From assembly GCA_051294905.1 (NCBI GenBank), contig CM119373.1, positions 2,916,001 through 2,980,000 on the forward strand: DNA of 64,000 bases, given 5' to 3'. This stretch comes from Botryllus schlosseri (Eukaryota). Positions within the stretch are counted from its first letter, which is position 1. Every line of letters starts with the position of its first letter. The notes below the pieces were generated by a model that saw nothing but the letters and a program-made list of their open reading frames with translations, made no database searches and was not told the origin of the DNA. A program made the translations under genes and the position numbers. Shown here one piece after another: positions 27,169-40,704 of this stretch.

Positions 27169-30100
27169 TGACAGTTCTACATAAATGAAAGATATTTGGT
27201 ATTTTTCCGCACTTTGTGACAATGCTGTGGGATGATCACGACTCAGCAGACAGGCTCTGTACTACATGTTTCGTATGCTGAGGTTTCAAAGCTGCCACAG
27301 CAGGAAATGGTATCAAAATATAGTTTTTGTGGATGGATTGAATCTTAGATGCAAATAACGTATATTTCAGTACTCGAAAGAATGATATCTCACTACTCGA
27401 CTCGAATCATTAGAATTAATACTTGGTTTATAGATTCAAAAACTCGAATCATCGTGTCCAACCTTATTCCCTATCATTCAGTTTTCATCATGCAATACTG
27501 AAGCATGCTAAAAGTGTAGATTATTTACCATTGGATCTTTGGCGAACTCCACTAAACATTTGTCAAAAATGAACCTTTCCCAATGGGGAATTCGCAATAT
27601 ATTATGCTGCCAAAGTCGTATGTGAAGCATTGGTAGTTTTAAAAGTCATTAAATAGTCAAAGCCGTATATTTTGTTCTTGCCAACTGTAATTTCTGGTCA
27701 CTAAAATCGCTTTTCGGCTACAATTACATCCTGGTTCGGATACAAGGCATCGGATACAGAATATCGTCGACGTCAGCAATTTCACTATTCATAGTTTACC
27801 TACAGCTGAAATAATATGAGTTAATGTCAACAATGTTGCAATATCGTTCCATGACTAATGTTGTAGCTGGTCTACATGACTGTATTACCAACAGAGGTGG
27901 TGAAAGTAGTCATTGTTCGTACCGTAGCAGAAGTAGAATTACCGCTGTAAATTCCTACCGCCTACCCGATTTCAAAGGGGGCGTTTTTTTGAGACGCCGG
28001 ATACCTTTAGTGGTCAATTGAAGGCGCCACTCTCAAAATTGCAAAAGTACATGACACCACAACCCTTATATACGGGTGTGAATATACTATACACCTATAG
28101 CACGCGAAGTCATAACCTACCTCTGACTTATACCGCGCAATAAATAGAGTAGACAACATTTTATTCCAAATTTTGCATGCATGTAGAAACGAAGGAAGGT
28201 ATGCACGTAGCCGCGATATAATTCTAATTCAGATAACCTGTTGAGTAGATGTGAAAGTGGTAAATAAACACAACCACTTGCTGAGGTATTGCGAGTAGGA
28301 AAAACCTATTTAAGTACTCTCGAAAGTAGAACAAATATGCATAACACCATGTAGCAAAAAATTAGTTGAACCAATGTTTTCATATTTCATACACCATATT
28401 CCTCGATAAAGCATGTTTCATGCATTTTTAGCCTCTAGTATCGCTTCAAAATCTCATTTTACGCTTTAACTTCCCGCACAACGTTTATTGAATTACATAT
28501 TAACTGTAACTTCACATTGATACATCACTCAATTCATAGTAGCTGGTTGTTAGTAACAATCATCGTCTCAGTCTCAGTTAGTCAGCGTTGGCTACAACCA
28601 GCAATTTCAAATTCATTTTCGTTTTGTTCCGATAATGCACCGATTGTGGATCTAGTGTGTATCATTAATGTCAGGATCACAACTGTAATCTGCGTGGTGG
28701 CTGTCTTTGGTATATCTATGTGGTCTGTATATCAGTTTGAAACAAGTTAAGTAGATAATACAAATAGAAGTAAGTTTTTTTTACACTTATTAACTTTACT
28801 TTTGCATGGAAATTGTAAAGAAAGATCAAACTGGTCATTTCGTGTAATCGGCGAAACATGCCGATGAAATATGGATGGATGGCGAAGGGGAGATCGGCAT
28901 TTAATGTCATTTGCTATTAAATAATCTGAAGGGAAATTCGAAACCTTATAGATGACTATTATTTCTATATGGCTGAGATTCCAAGGGTCAGAATACCTAG
29001 TGACTAGACATTGCATATCCTTCGAAGCCATCTCCTCTTAAGAAAATGTTCCGTATTGCAGTAAGTTTTCATTGCCCAAATTATGAGGCAAGAAAGTTCC
29101 AGGAGACTCGACACTCGACAGGGCTTAAAGATACCGAAAATGACTCCAATCACGAATCCAAGATCTCTGATATAGATATAAATTTAGAACCACACATTCT
29201 GAACCAACACGAAATTGATGATTTAGTTGGGACCCACTAAATCAAATGCGGTGTGCCAGAAATTTCGCAAATGGAAGAAATAACGCGTCACGTCGGTATC
29301 ACACAGATCGATGGAATGACATATACCTTTTCCGTGAGAATATTCTAGCTGCAGTTTCAATGATGGCCGTTCGGCTATGCTGACGCTGTATCTTCGATCA
29401 GCTGATTGCTATTTGCTAGTTACAATACACTTTACATATCGGATTAACCATGGCTGAAACTCCTGACAGATCTTGGACGCATTACGAAACCCGGAATTTA
29501 ATTATCAGCGGCGTAAGTGAAATTAGTTTGGATGGTAGAAAAAGCAGCTGAGACTTCTTGGTGTTAATACTTATTAACGATTTGCAGTTCTTATGTCGAA
29601 GGACAGCTAAAATCAGATGCAATTGCTTGCTAATATGTTATCCCAACAATCGCTTGTCCTGAATACCAGCAATATTTTATTTTAACGTTTTCAATTCAGT
29701 CCTGCATGTTTCAGGTCAAAACGGGTTGTTTGATTGAATGGCCGCTACAAGTCGTCTCGGCTCCTTCCTGTCGAGTCATTTAGTCTCAATCTGGTGATAT
29801 GTTGAAATTATTAATGAGGAAGTAAGCCGAAAACGTCATCGCGAAATCTTCGCCCGCCTAGTTCGGCCAAGTCACGGTCGGATTACGCCTGGTCATGGAA
29901 ACACGATCGACATGTAAAACGCATGCGTCATGGCCTTTGGGTCGTACGTGTACCGTTCTTGGAAACGAAGTAAATCAAGCGACCAAGTAGTTATACGGCA
30001 AATTCAAGCCGTTTCTTCGCTTAATTCTTATAAAAGTGAGCCGAACGAAACTGCTTTACTAAGCGGAATCGACTGTATATGTAAGGCGATGAAATCAAAA

Positions 30101-31199
30101 TGACTGTCCACTTTGGTTTGATGACTTGCAGCACAATACTGTGTTGGTAACATGCCTCGGCAAATCACTCATTTCGCATATATGGACGTCAACTTGCAGC
30201 TAACGACTGTAATCAATCATACCTTCTCGAATTTCTGATTCCAACTTCCTGCAAACGCAGCGGCGTCTTCTTTGCTTCTTTGTTCACTATACGTCGACGG
30301 TAGAATACAGCATATAGCTCGAATATAATCTGTTATGTTTTAGTATGCAGGCCCTATCAGTATGTACGAGTATATGTTTTATTTCCGCGTTGGTATGACC
30401 ATTCGTAGAGTGGAATATGGGTGAATTAAAAGTCATTCGCACATCAAAATCGTTGACGTAGTTATTACGGAAATAGGACATCAGGTGGTTTCATCTTTTG
30501 TGCTCCCAGCGGCAACGATTTCGAAGGAGTGTTCAGTTTAATGTGGATTCAGCAGTGTCTGTCGCCATAAAATCACCTTGCTATCGCATTCATACTCCTA
30601 GTCCAGATGTAGCCTTTCTAGTTTATTTCATGTTCAAATATAACAATGGCTGTAAAGATGTTCAAATAAATGCTCTGAAGCTTTGAAAATGTTCTTATGT
30701 ATATCCAACTTATTTTGAATATCGGCTGAATGTATTGGGGTTCTCGGCCAAGGTGTAAGATATCGGTTTTATCGGTATCGACCCAAAAATCCAATATCTA
30801 TTGGGCTCTATAGAGTATACCAAAGATTATTTGCTGCTATTTTTGGTTCGAATGTCCTGCAGCGATAAAGTGCCTTAAACTCCCATTGGAAGTCGGATAT
30901 TTCCGTTGTAGATGTCCCTGGCACTAACATAATAACAGAAAGAGAAGTCAAATGGATGGATGAACTTTACCAGAACTACAAACGGACATAAATATGAAGA
31001 TTAAATTTGTAGCAAAGAATACCTTTGAATTGTAATTTTTTTATATATTTGGACCAGTGTCGCAAATTGAAATTGGTTTGTGAGGGACATTTTTTTCGAT
31101 TTGAACAAAATGATTATAATTTTTTTAATTCATACCAAAATGTTCATCAATTCCTGCTACAGGCGATTTTCTTCTTCTTCTAGTCATACCCCTACTGCA

Positions 31200-31442
31200 C
31201 ACAGCAAAGAGATATGGCTGTTTAAGGTTGTCTCTGGAACTGTATCATACCATTGGTGTTTCAATTACGATTTGTGAGAGGAGTTTCTCAAAATGATAAA
31301 GTATTTACGTTCTACGATGAATGATGATTGGCTATCAGTTTCAAGGATTCTTTCTATAGAAAGAGACTACGTTCAAAGACATGATTTTGTAGATGTTATC
31401 GCTGATTTTGCTTCGGCGAAAGCTCGAAAGGTTCAATTTTGA
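31200..31442 (+). pseudogene. Degenerate hAT transposase C-terminus
   Basis: TIGVSITICERSFSK / YLRSTMNDDWLS..LSIERDYVQ..DVIADFASAKARKVQF*. Confidence 0.75.
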
Positions 31443-31589
31443 TCTTTTATTCACCTAATACGTTTGTTCTCCATTTATTGGCCCTTAATGCTGAAACAGC
31501 GAGGCTTCTTTCTCAAGCAATATAGAACTTCTGAGACGCGGCACATTATTTATAATTGGGGCAGCATTTGCTTCAATGCCACTGACGGT

Positions 31590-31795
31590 ATCCATGAGAG
31601 TTTTCGACTCCGATGGACACCAACACCAGACTGATATTCTTTCTCGTGATTCCGCAGCTTCCAACTGATAGCACGGCCCAAGTAAGAAGCAGCCTAGATA
31701 AACCAGTAACACTTAGTGAGGGATTCTGGCATCGACCTCAGTCACCTACTGGTGTTGCAGCTGTGAATCATGCCACTACGCTATCTCGCCACACA
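31590..31795 (-). mobile_element. tRNA-derived SINE (paralog of 8060-8292)
   Basis: Head GTGGCGAGATAGCGTAGTGG. Confidence 0.65.
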
Positions 31796-33337
31796 TGTGA
31801 GTGCAGTGTGTTTATGGTCTATTAACCGTCAGTCCAAACTCCAGAGTTAGGTTGTCCAGGGTTACAGAACTTGGCGCAAAAGAAAACAATTTGATGCCAA
31901 TCCATCGCCGTTGTGACAAATATCAACAAGATGTAATTGATGGCCGTAAATTCAAATAAATTTCCCTTCTAAATTTCATTTATGTCCATTGTGCAATAAC
32001 CCCTCTGCCGAGTAAGAAACAATAAGTGTATTTTAGGCCGACAGGAATAATTTTAGTGCTGGAAATCAAACATGGAAGCATTTTCCCAAAATGAACCTCG
32101 ATTATCATCACCGGTGAATACAACCTTACTGAAGAGTCTAATCACCCAATGTTCATTCTGGCTACGCTTATGTCTGTGTAATGAATATTTATTGATTTTT
32201 CACTGTTCGTAAAGTGACGATTATCATGTTATGAACACGTCGAACTTCGATGTTAAGCATTTAAACATTTTCAGACGCTGCTGACGCTTGAATCTAATCT
32301 GCTCAATAGAGCTCTCTCGCGTGTCGAGCTGTCGAATTGCTTACATATGTTGTTACTTTCAATGAATGGATGAATGAATGAATATGGATATACCGTGTTA
32401 TTTATAATCCAGCAGGAGTTCATCCATTGATATACTAAAACAAGGATGAAATATTATGGGATTAAACTTATTGTCGATGGTTGTACATTGAACAGTCTGG
32501 TAATTCGTCCCATGATTAACATAACCGCATCTACGAAACTCTGCCGTGTTGTGGAAGCAGCAAATTGCACTATTTGGCAATTCGCAGCGTAGTATATGTG
32601 GTAACGTAATGCTGTTTCCAACGGGGTGTAAAGTCTTGACCCGCGGTTCCTTCTCGTCGGAAATAGGAATATTCCGAAGGTTCGCACGGCGAGTTCACGT
32701 TTAGTAACTGGCTTTTTGGTAATGTTCCGGCTCGTATGACCGCGTGCACTTCCAGCATTGTCGCTATAGGCCCGCTACATCAGACGTCATAATGAGTGAC
32801 ACTCGAGTCTCGACTCGACGCCCAATACTCGTCTCAGAATCTAATCACGCAGGTGGTCGATTTCGTCCAGCCCTAGTCGTTGGTACGTCGTCATTGTGAC
32901 ATATATACAGAAACATGGTACCCCATTTCATCTATCGCCCGTTGACTCCAACAAAACGCAAAATATCTATTTATGACCAATCGTGATGGGCTATGCGTGG
33001 GCTGGACACTAGGGTTATGACTTGAAAAAAAATTGCCTGTAGCACGACTTAATGAAGATTTTGGTATAAATTAATATAATAATTTTGCTCAAATCGAATA
33101 AAATGTCGCGTACAAACTAACTTCAATTTTCGACACTGGTCCAAATATAGAAAAAATTTACAATTCAAAGATATTCTTTGCTACAAATATATGTCCTTTT
33201 GCACTTCCGGTAAAGTTCATTCATCAATTTGACTTCCCTTTCTGTTATTATGTTAGTGCCAGGGACATCTACAACGGACATATCCGACTTCCAATGGGAT
33301 TTTAAGGCACTTATCACTGCAGGACATTCCAGCGCAT

Positions 33338-33835
33338 TCTGATAAATCTGAGGACATGCCGGTTCATGCGTTCCAACATGTCCCCAGATTTATCAGACCA
33401 CGTGTAGCCTATCACGTTCGGTGAAAAGCTCACCCTTGACTCATCCGCTTGAACTGGATGTTGACCGATCAAAGGCCATTACTTCTGCCATCGGCAGACA
33501 TCTGCTAGATAATCCGATTTGTGCGAATAATTATCGAGACAACAGATTTCGCGTCGTTGGGATGGGCCGGTCACACTGCCATTTGTACGCCTTAGAATGG
33601 AATTTTATCAAAATACACCAACCAAAACTCTGTCAACAAAAGGAGTTCGTGTACCACCTGAAGATAGTACTTTGAACGCTCTCTCATTCGAGATTTCATG
33701 CTGGTGACGTCAAATTTCGTGATACGATGTTGATATACAATGTTCTTTCCAATTCTCTACTAGTTGGTGACCATTACCGCTGACGAGTGTTAGCCGAAAA
33801 TATTCGGGTTCATTTCAATATGAATATACTATTCA
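33338..33835 (+). mobile_element. Penelope-like element 3' fragment (GIY-YIG C-terminal region + pLTR)
   Basis: QHVP...SAIGRHLLDNPICA..F..L..LE..FI....PKLCQQKE; 5' inverted hairpin at 33338-33397; second copy at 44315-44545. Confidence 0.75.
33776..33809 (+). ncRNA. Minimal type I hammerhead ribozyme motif
   Basis: ACCG-CUGACGA-guguuagcc-GAAA-AUAU-UC-GGGU with palindromic stem III. Confidence 0.6.
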
Positions 33836-34916
33836 ATTGTATACTGAAGTTCTGTACCTCCAAGAAGCTCTTCGTATATATACCAATATTCAAATTCACA
33901 AATATATCAGAAATAACTCAGTAGCGCATAGAACTACAATTGTGCTCGTTTACTACATGTTAAGACGTTGTAGAAAGAGCATATTCAGCAATGCATTTAT
34001 ACCTATTGTTCACCGTACATATTGGAATTGATGTAAATAATTTAGTATTGATTAGGGTTACCATATGAATATGTCCTCTTTTTGAAGAATTTGTCCTCTT
34101 TTTCTAGAAAAGTGTGTTAAAATGCGATCGAGTTGGCAAGACAATCATAGAAAAATACGACACAACTGGTACTTTGGGAATAGAAATGGGAAAGATGACC
34201 TTTAGTCAACACGACGGAAGTGGGGAAAGCGGGCCGGGAATTGAGTCGGAAAGATGACCTTTTTCCTTTTCCGGTACTACAGCTTTCAGAATTTTTGAAA
34301 TGTGCCCACTTCTTCGGATATAAAAATAAGATAACCGTAATATTGATGCTACACAACTACCAATTACTACGCTATAGCGATAATATATCTACTAGATGTG
34401 TATATATTATGCTGCTTTACTGTGTTTACATAATCATCGTATTGCCTAATTAGTTCGTTAGAATATTTTTTGCTTCTACACAATGTATAGTCGAAGAGAA
34501 AATAATCCAGCCAATGATAGCATTACATAAAATATATGCTATTTCATATAGTGTAATAAAATCTCTTCACTTGTCGCTAGAAATTATTGTCAGATTATTC
34601 GGGTGCTGGACGCCTGGACGCCTGGTTTACATTGGTTACATAGGAATATTTACATGTTTACACTGACCAAAATATTAATTCCCAAAATATACAATCTATG
34701 GCACAGACGCTATAAAACGCGCTTCTGTCAGCATTTGCAGTTATAGTAATTTAAATTAGCTAATTAAATTAGCATAGTGAAGCGATTGGATTACAATAGA
34801 GAACGATCGAAGTATTTCCGCCACAAGACGTCGTCGGAACCAAATCTTCCGTATATATAGTACAAATTTTGAGCGTATGATTATGCCCCCTCGCCAACAA
34901 TACGATGAATAATGAC

Positions 34917-37348
34917 CAGGCCGTGTTATTTTTGGCATTTCAAGAGCCAAATAGTGTATTTCGTTCATGGTGTTGTGTTAACAGGACCGCGTTACAAGCG
35001 AGAAGAGCGTTTGTGAAAGGCAGGTTTCTTAATCTGGGTCCAGCCCACCCATTAGGGGTGAAAGCATGGTGTCCTAAATGGTGTGGGCACAGCCAGATTG
35101 AAGGGCTGACTGCATTTGGTTTACGTCATACTTTCCATTTGTCCAAAGGCAATTTTATGACCATTTTTGACCGGCTTGTCGAGCGCTAAATTTTATAAAA
35201 ACGGCTATCAATGAGAAGCTGCCGCAGTAATGATTATTAAAATATAAATTATATTCTGCTCATGGAACTGGAACCCCCAAAATCAGCCACGATTTTTGCA
35301 TTGTGATCGAGTTGAACATTGTGACTCAACAAACTGTCTGCCTATTTCTGAGCTGCATAGTCTCGTTTTGCCAGACAGTCTTGTTGCGTCAATGTTCTCA
35401 AACAAGCTAACCTTCCCAGGACTCTTCCATGCGAGTTGGTAATATTAAAGCCACCTGGAGTGACAAAAGTCCTCCGAAAATATATCGGTACACTGAAGGA
35501 GAAATGATAGTCGGGCTACTAAATAGAATGTGTTGAGAGACAACTCAGGAAACTCCTGGAAAAGGATCGGGAAGAAAATTCTTTCCGCGATGAGATCGAT
35601 GGCACTGGCGAAGTGATCTCTTTTCATGGTGCATGGAAGTCGGTTCGGCCCTCCAAAGATTTTGAAGCTCTGAAAACCTTTTATGGATGACTGGCAACAT
35701 TCTTTCCCTCAGCGGCTACTGTTGAAGCCGATATTTTCCAGATTCGCTGGGCGAGAAATGAATTTAGGAGAAACTTAGCTGACCTGAGTTTGGAAGCACT
35801 GCTACAGTGCAAACGATTTAAGTCTATTCAAAAGCTGTAACAATCAGCTGTTGAGCGTGTTTGTTAGGCTTTTCTTTCTTTGTTTTTGCTTATTGGCACC
35901 GATTCCGATGGATACTGCACATTTTGTGGTTTCGTTTGATATAATTAACCTATGAAATCGTTAGGTTTTTTCTTCTTCTTATTGTTTGTTGGCACTGATT
36001 ATACGTGGATGCTGCACATTTTGTGGTGTGTTCTGACAAACTATCCCAAATAAAGCGTTTTTGTGACTAATTCGAGGCTGAAACTATCTATTTCAGTGGT
36101 TCTCAACCGGGGGTCCGCGGACCCCTGGGGGTCCGCGAAGCATTTTCAGGGGGTCCGCGAAGCCTCAAAATAGTTGATAAGCTAATCTGTATTGTTTTTA
36201 AATTTGGGAAATCACGAGTCAGTTACGCTTCATAACTAGTAAGACTCCAGAGCTCACATCAACAGAATGGCAGTCTGAAATGAAATATCCTACGGTGCAG
36301 ACTCATTTTAATTGCTAAATTGCCATCAGCCTACGGACACAACATTTTCCTGTTTAGAGATGTTTTTTGGGGGATTGTGGAAAATAAGTTGGATGAGTAA
36401 GGTGTCTAGAAAATGTTTACAAAAGGCCATTTCTCTCGCGATATATAATACCTTTTTTCCAAAATAACTTCAAGATTAGCTGCTAGATCAGTGGTTCTCA
36501 AACCGAAGGGCTCACCCCCCTTGGGGGCGTGAAAGCATCTGAAGAAGGGCGCGAAGCTGCGGCCAACTGACAGTTGTTTCTCGCTCCATGCGATTTACCT
36601 CCAATTCATGGTTGTTGCCCTGTGTATAGTCCGAAATTCATATTTGAGAACTCTCTCATCAACAGTGATAACTTTCCATGCCATCAAACTATCCCCTGCG
36701 ATTGCTAGCACTCTGGTTTATTTTGTGATATGACGATAAGGGGGCGCGAAATGTTTCACTATCATAATGGGGGGCATGTTTAAAAAAAGTTTGAGAACCA
36801 CTGTGCTGACTAGGCTTGATAATATATGTTCATTAAAAAAATGTTTGCCAATGTTGGTGCCATATTTGTTGCGATTATGTGTCGTCTGAAGCGTAAAGCG
36901 CTATTATTACATTTGCCACCACCTATACTGTGGAGATGGATTTTCGGCACTCGCTAATATCCATTCGAAGGCGCGGATTTCCAAGACACAGCCATGTATT
37001 TCAAGAAATGCAATCGCAGAATTCGCTTTGAAATAACAAAAGTCAGTTGACACAATCTCTACATAGATAATATTTGCAAGTAAATTCATTTTGTTGCTGT
37101 TTATCACTGAGTCTGCAGTCATGAGGTCAAATGACGATTGCACGATAATTGAGCTAAATTTGAACTAAAACATTCTGGGGGTCCGCGGGGGTCGAAACGG
37201 TCCGAAAGGGGTCCGCGAAGACAAAAAGGTTGAGAACCACTGATCTATTTAGAGGACGATGCCAAAACTACCAAAAATAAAAATCGAAAAATGCCAAAAA
37301 TAAGTTATTTTTGGCAGTTTTGGCATATGCCAAAAATAACGCGGCCTG
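34917..37348 (+). mobile_element. Deleted hAT-superfamily transposon with transposase remnant and nested MITEs
   Basis: TIR CAGGCCG(T/C)GTTATTTTTGGC; perfect TSD ATAATGAC; remnant FYG*LATFFPSAATVEADIFQIRW..EFRRNLADLSLEALLQCKRF at ~35580-35840. Confidence 0.85.
36094..37242. mobile_element. hAT MITE nested in 34917-37348, containing MITE 36489-36803
   Basis: CAGTGGTTCTCAAC TIRs; perfect TSD ATCTATTT. Confidence 0.9.
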
Positions 37349-37462
37349 ATAATGACGGATCAATAATATATTTGACTTTTGTCTGTGTCTGAATTTTGCA
37401 TAGTCCATGATCCCGAACTCTGAACAGTGGCTGAATCTCTACACGGTAGACTATATTGGCGT

Positions 37463-37741
37463 GTGGCGAGATAGCGCAGTGGTATAATCCGCGGCTGCAA
37501 CACCAATGGGTGCGGGTTCGAGTCCGACCGAGGTCGACTTCCGAATTCCGATACCTAAGTGTTGGAGGTTTACCTAGGCTCCTCCTCGCCACCTCACCCG
37601 CGTCAGCGGTGTCTTACAAAAGCCTAGAGGTGGGCCGTGCTATAAGGCGGCAGTTACGGAAAACAAAAGAAGAATATCGGCCTGGTGTAAATGACCATAG
37701 TAGTCGACAAACATCATGAATACCCCAAAACAAACAAACAA
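37463..37741 (+). mobile_element. Full-length tRNA(Cys-like)-derived SINE
   Basis: A box TAGCGCAGTGG, CTGCAAC loop, B box GGTTCGAGTCC, (AAAC)n tail, 13-bp TSD ACTATATTGGCGT; 3' fragment also at 1290-1372. Confidence 0.9.
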
Positions 37742-38189
37742 ACTATATTGGCGTATGTCTTATTGAGACGTACCCTACCCGCAACCTACATCGCTGACGA
37801 CTTTTGACACATAGAAATTTGGCACATCAGGGCTGTTTAATTTAATTTAATTCCATTCCAATTAATCAGAATATAAAGTTCGGATAATTTCCACACATGA
37901 AAAATATAATATTATCAGAGATGTTGGGAAACTGTGAAAGTATGGAAAAAATATCAAATATGGTATAGAAGAATGTTGCTATGGAATGGGAAATTGCAAG
38001 TATGGTATGGAACGATTAAGGAATTCAGGAACATTTTTGGCCGCATTAGTTGACTGTAATGAATGCAGACAGTCTTTCACCATACCTCCACGTATCGAAG
38101 GCTTATACGGGCGCTTCAAAACTGCAGTACAGCCCCATCTTTAGAAAACCAAAAATTGGCTTTCTTCAAATAAAAACAAAGTTGGAGGA

Positions 38190-38459
38190 ATGGAGAGAGA
38201 GAAAGAGATATGGTATTCTTTTTAGCCTGCACCATCGAGATGCTTTGACGACGGAGATGCGATACGGCCTTTATAGTAAGGTCATCTAGTCTGCACACCC
38301 GGGTTTTTTCTCCTCCATGCTATCCGTGATTGCTGAGCGCCTAGCGGGATAGCCGCGGATACCAGTTTTCGAGTCTCTGGTCTGACCCGGCCGGGGACCG
38401 AGCCCACGACCTGCCGATCGAGAAGCCGGACGCGCAAACAATGCAGTATCTCGCTCGGT
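38190..38459 (-). mobile_element. tRNA-derived SINE with a Meta-domain-like central region
   Basis: Degenerate tRNA head followed by GGCCGGGTCAGACCAGAGACTCGAAAACTGGTATC..CCGCTAGGCGCTCAGCA. Confidence 0.55.
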
Positions 38460-39169
38460 AGTGGAGTAGATGGAAAATTATTAGCAAGAGATAAAAAGCT
38501 TTACACCGTGATAAATGAACTACAGAAATCCATTGAACAGCTCTAATGTCACTATTGTGTATCGCCCGACAATATTCGTAATATACCAGCGAGATGGGAT
38601 TAGTTTTTGATTAATTGCTCTCGTAAAGTTGTTTCGACAACGTCCTATTTCTTCAACTGTTCATAGTAACGAGCGTAAACTGTATAGCTTTGAATCGGAT
38701 GAATATACTGGTAAAATCGGTTTACAGTTATTAGGATTAATTGCTTTGAGACGGCAACGGCCACGAACGCGAGGGCTCGTCGGTCAAAAGCAAGCACGCC
38801 CGATCAACAACACTCTTATAGAGAGTTGCAGTCGTAATTTTGGCTACTTCTGAATTATTTCTTTTGCAAATACGCATCGCTTCTTCGTAATACATGAATG
38901 TCTTTGAAATTTCCATCCAGTAGCATCCTTCCGTTGCATTGATATGGCATTGTTCTAAATTTGCAGGAATAAATTACAGAACCAATTTAGTAGTATAAAT
39001 GGAAAATGTACTGGTACATTTGACAGTAGATGTATGTGGAGTAGTGGTTCTCAATCCGGGCTCGATCGAGCCCCAAGCTTTCACTAAGTTACTTTCGGGA
39101 GTTTGGCGAACTAGTGGTACGTGATGCATAAAAATGCATATATTCATGCCAATCAACGACTGCTTCGCT

Positions 39170-39692
39170 TAGGAAGGCGTGCGTCGAACTATGTAATAAC
39201 CGATATTCCCAATCGGACAAGTCACAACAATATAAGGAATGTTTTCCAGCCGTTTACAACAGAGAAGACGTGAATGGACTACCGAAAAGGTATCAAAAGA
39301 TAATGTTCCGACTACAAACCGGACATTGCGGATTACAAGCGCACCTATTCAAATTGGGCATAGCAGATTCGGCCAATTGCTCAACGTGCCGTCAAGAAGA
39401 GAGTGTCACCCATTATTTATTGACATGTCGAAGTTACAGACACCAGAGAAGAGTTCTCGAGAACACGGGTCGGAGAAAGAATATCATTCCCACCGTAACA
39501 AACTTGTTGACTGACGCGCATATTTTCCCATGCATTGTTGAATTTGTTCTCGCTACGAAGCCAATTTTGTATTGTAATGTCCAACCGTAGATGTTAAATG
39601 CTCTTTTGGATATGGCGAACACAACCATTCGAGTTATAATTCGCCAATCAAATAATCAACAACGACGACGACGACGACGATGACGACGACGT
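39170..39692 (+). mobile_element. 3' end of a non-LTR retrotransposon (LINE) ORF2
   Basis: RLQTGH..L...L.....SANCSTC..EESVTHYLLTC CCHC motif, short 3'UTR and (AAC/GAC)n tail. Confidence 0.8.
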
Positions 39693-40704
39693 GACGACAA
39701 AATTGAACATTCGTGATGTCGCCGTGGCACGATAGGATTCGTCCTGTGCTCCCTATTTACTGTGTTAAGAAACTACCGTGATTTTTACAGTCCGCATTTA
39801 CCATGCCTGTAGCTGGACCCTTGGGTCACGGTGCGATCAGTCCATGCCGCGATCTGATCATCACAAATCGACTATCGACCAAATATCCAACAGTTCAAAA
39901 TTCTATTTTTGTGCTCTCCGGCGGCATCTGACCCGCCAGGAATCGCGATTTAATAATCATGAAGGAAATTCTAACGTCCGCGTTTTACAATTAAATAACA
40001 TGAATTCCTCACAACGTATAACGCAGGGCTAAAGTCAGAGTACTACTAAATCTGGCTTAGCGGTTTGTTACTGCATTCAACCGACTAATCGTTGTATTTT
40101 TGGCAATTCCGTTGTTTGCAAATAAATGTTTTGCTGGAATAGAACTCCTTTGATCCCTATTATAATATTATATGCTTTGATGTATATAGAGGTTTCATAA
40201 TAAATTATTGAAGTGAAACACACTGTAAAAAACCCTCCTGTATATCCAATCTACATGTTTTCCTGTACATTGGTGACCGAGACTGTAAACGTCCGTGTAA
40301 ATCGGGATTAGATGCCAGCTTGTAAATTCACATAAATCCATACCTATCGCAAACCAACGCGATGCTAAACTATCGCAACAGTTTCTTCACACTCCCAAAA
40401 CGACATTGGAACAAACTGTATATTCAATCATGACTCAGATGAAATGGTTATCGATGGAAAAGTATTGCTGCTGGAGGTCTAATTCTTCTTTAGGAAGCAT
40501 GCCGTAACAGGAGTGGTCTCACGACAAGATGAATCAATTCCACTATCGGCTAAACTTCCAATTGTTTCTTTTTCTCGTCCTCGTGCATTCCTTCTGTGTA
40601 ACTATTATCTTGCAGTTCCACTAAAAAGAATTCATGGGTAAGTCGCGATATTGAGCAAAGTTCGTAACCTAGACATGATATTATGAAGACTAAGACAAAT
40701 AGGT

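Larger units (their letters stand above)
1..27250. repeat. Tandem segmental duplication unit A
   Basis: Collinear same-strand homologies: 1-1650~27250-28210; 3420-4180~29830-30600; 7560-11370~31200-33000; 15590-15750~33890-34050; 15960-18165~49260-54460; 21900-23020~57780-58930; 25990-26120~63880-64000. Confidence 0.85.

Noticed and set aside
37463..37540. tRNA-Cys gene
   Set aside because: It continues into a SINE body with (AAAC)n tail and 13-bp TSD, and degenerate copies occur elsewhere in the window
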